64,000 nucleotides of DNA from Lama guanicoe (Eukaryota): NCBI GenBank assembly GCA_013239625.1, contig MU054187.1:1181587-1245586 (forward strand), in the 5' to 3' direction. Shown here piece after piece: positions 63,919-64,000 of this stretch. Below the pieces are notes generated by a model. The model had not been told where the DNA came from. It worked only from the letters and a program-made list of their open reading frames with translations, and searched no databases. The number at the start of each line of letters is the position of its first letter. The stretch's first letter is position 1. The position numbers were made by a program, and so were the translations under genes.

Positions 63919-64000
63919 TTGTATTTAGATTTTAAGCATTCAACAAAGGTGTCACTACTTTTCAAATGTAGTATATAAGCTATAATCCTCATTTCCCAGG

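Larger units (their letters stand above)
58213..64000 (+). other. SNTG1: SNTG1 intron downstream of the start exon (runs off the window)
   Basis: Begins at the donor gtaggt; no TKTGICLL-like exon was seen before the window end. Confidence 0.7.

Overview
Mammalian nuclear DNA, not prokaryotic. The two youngest-looking L1 3' ends resemble cetartiodactyl (most likely camelid) L1, and I saw no primate, rodent, carnivore, ruminant, pig or whale SINEs. The only protein-coding sequence I can support is one 57-nt plus-strand exon (58156-58212) with canonical splice sites. It encodes MDFRTACEE, the N-terminus of gamma-1-syntrophin (SNTG1) as I recall it. The rest of the window is therefore probably SNTG1 intron, filled with old repeats (L1, L2, MIR, MER5, MLT1/MLT2 and other LTRs). 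The supplied ORFs appear to be chance frames. The most unusual signal is four sharp intronic CpG-island-like GC peaks (~31.9-32.8, 45.85-46.8, 54.6-55.3 and 57.87-58.78 kb). At least two can be read as ancient L2/MIR/MER5 fossils rewritten by AT->GC substitutions. This suggests new CpG islands formed by strong, localised GC-biased gene conversion, one of them surrounding the SNTG1 start exon. Other observations are a 46-bp minisatellite inside an MLT1 LTR and an old 5'-inverted (twin-primed) L1. Repeat family names come from recalled consensus sequences compared by eye, so subfamily labels and repeat boundaries are approximate.
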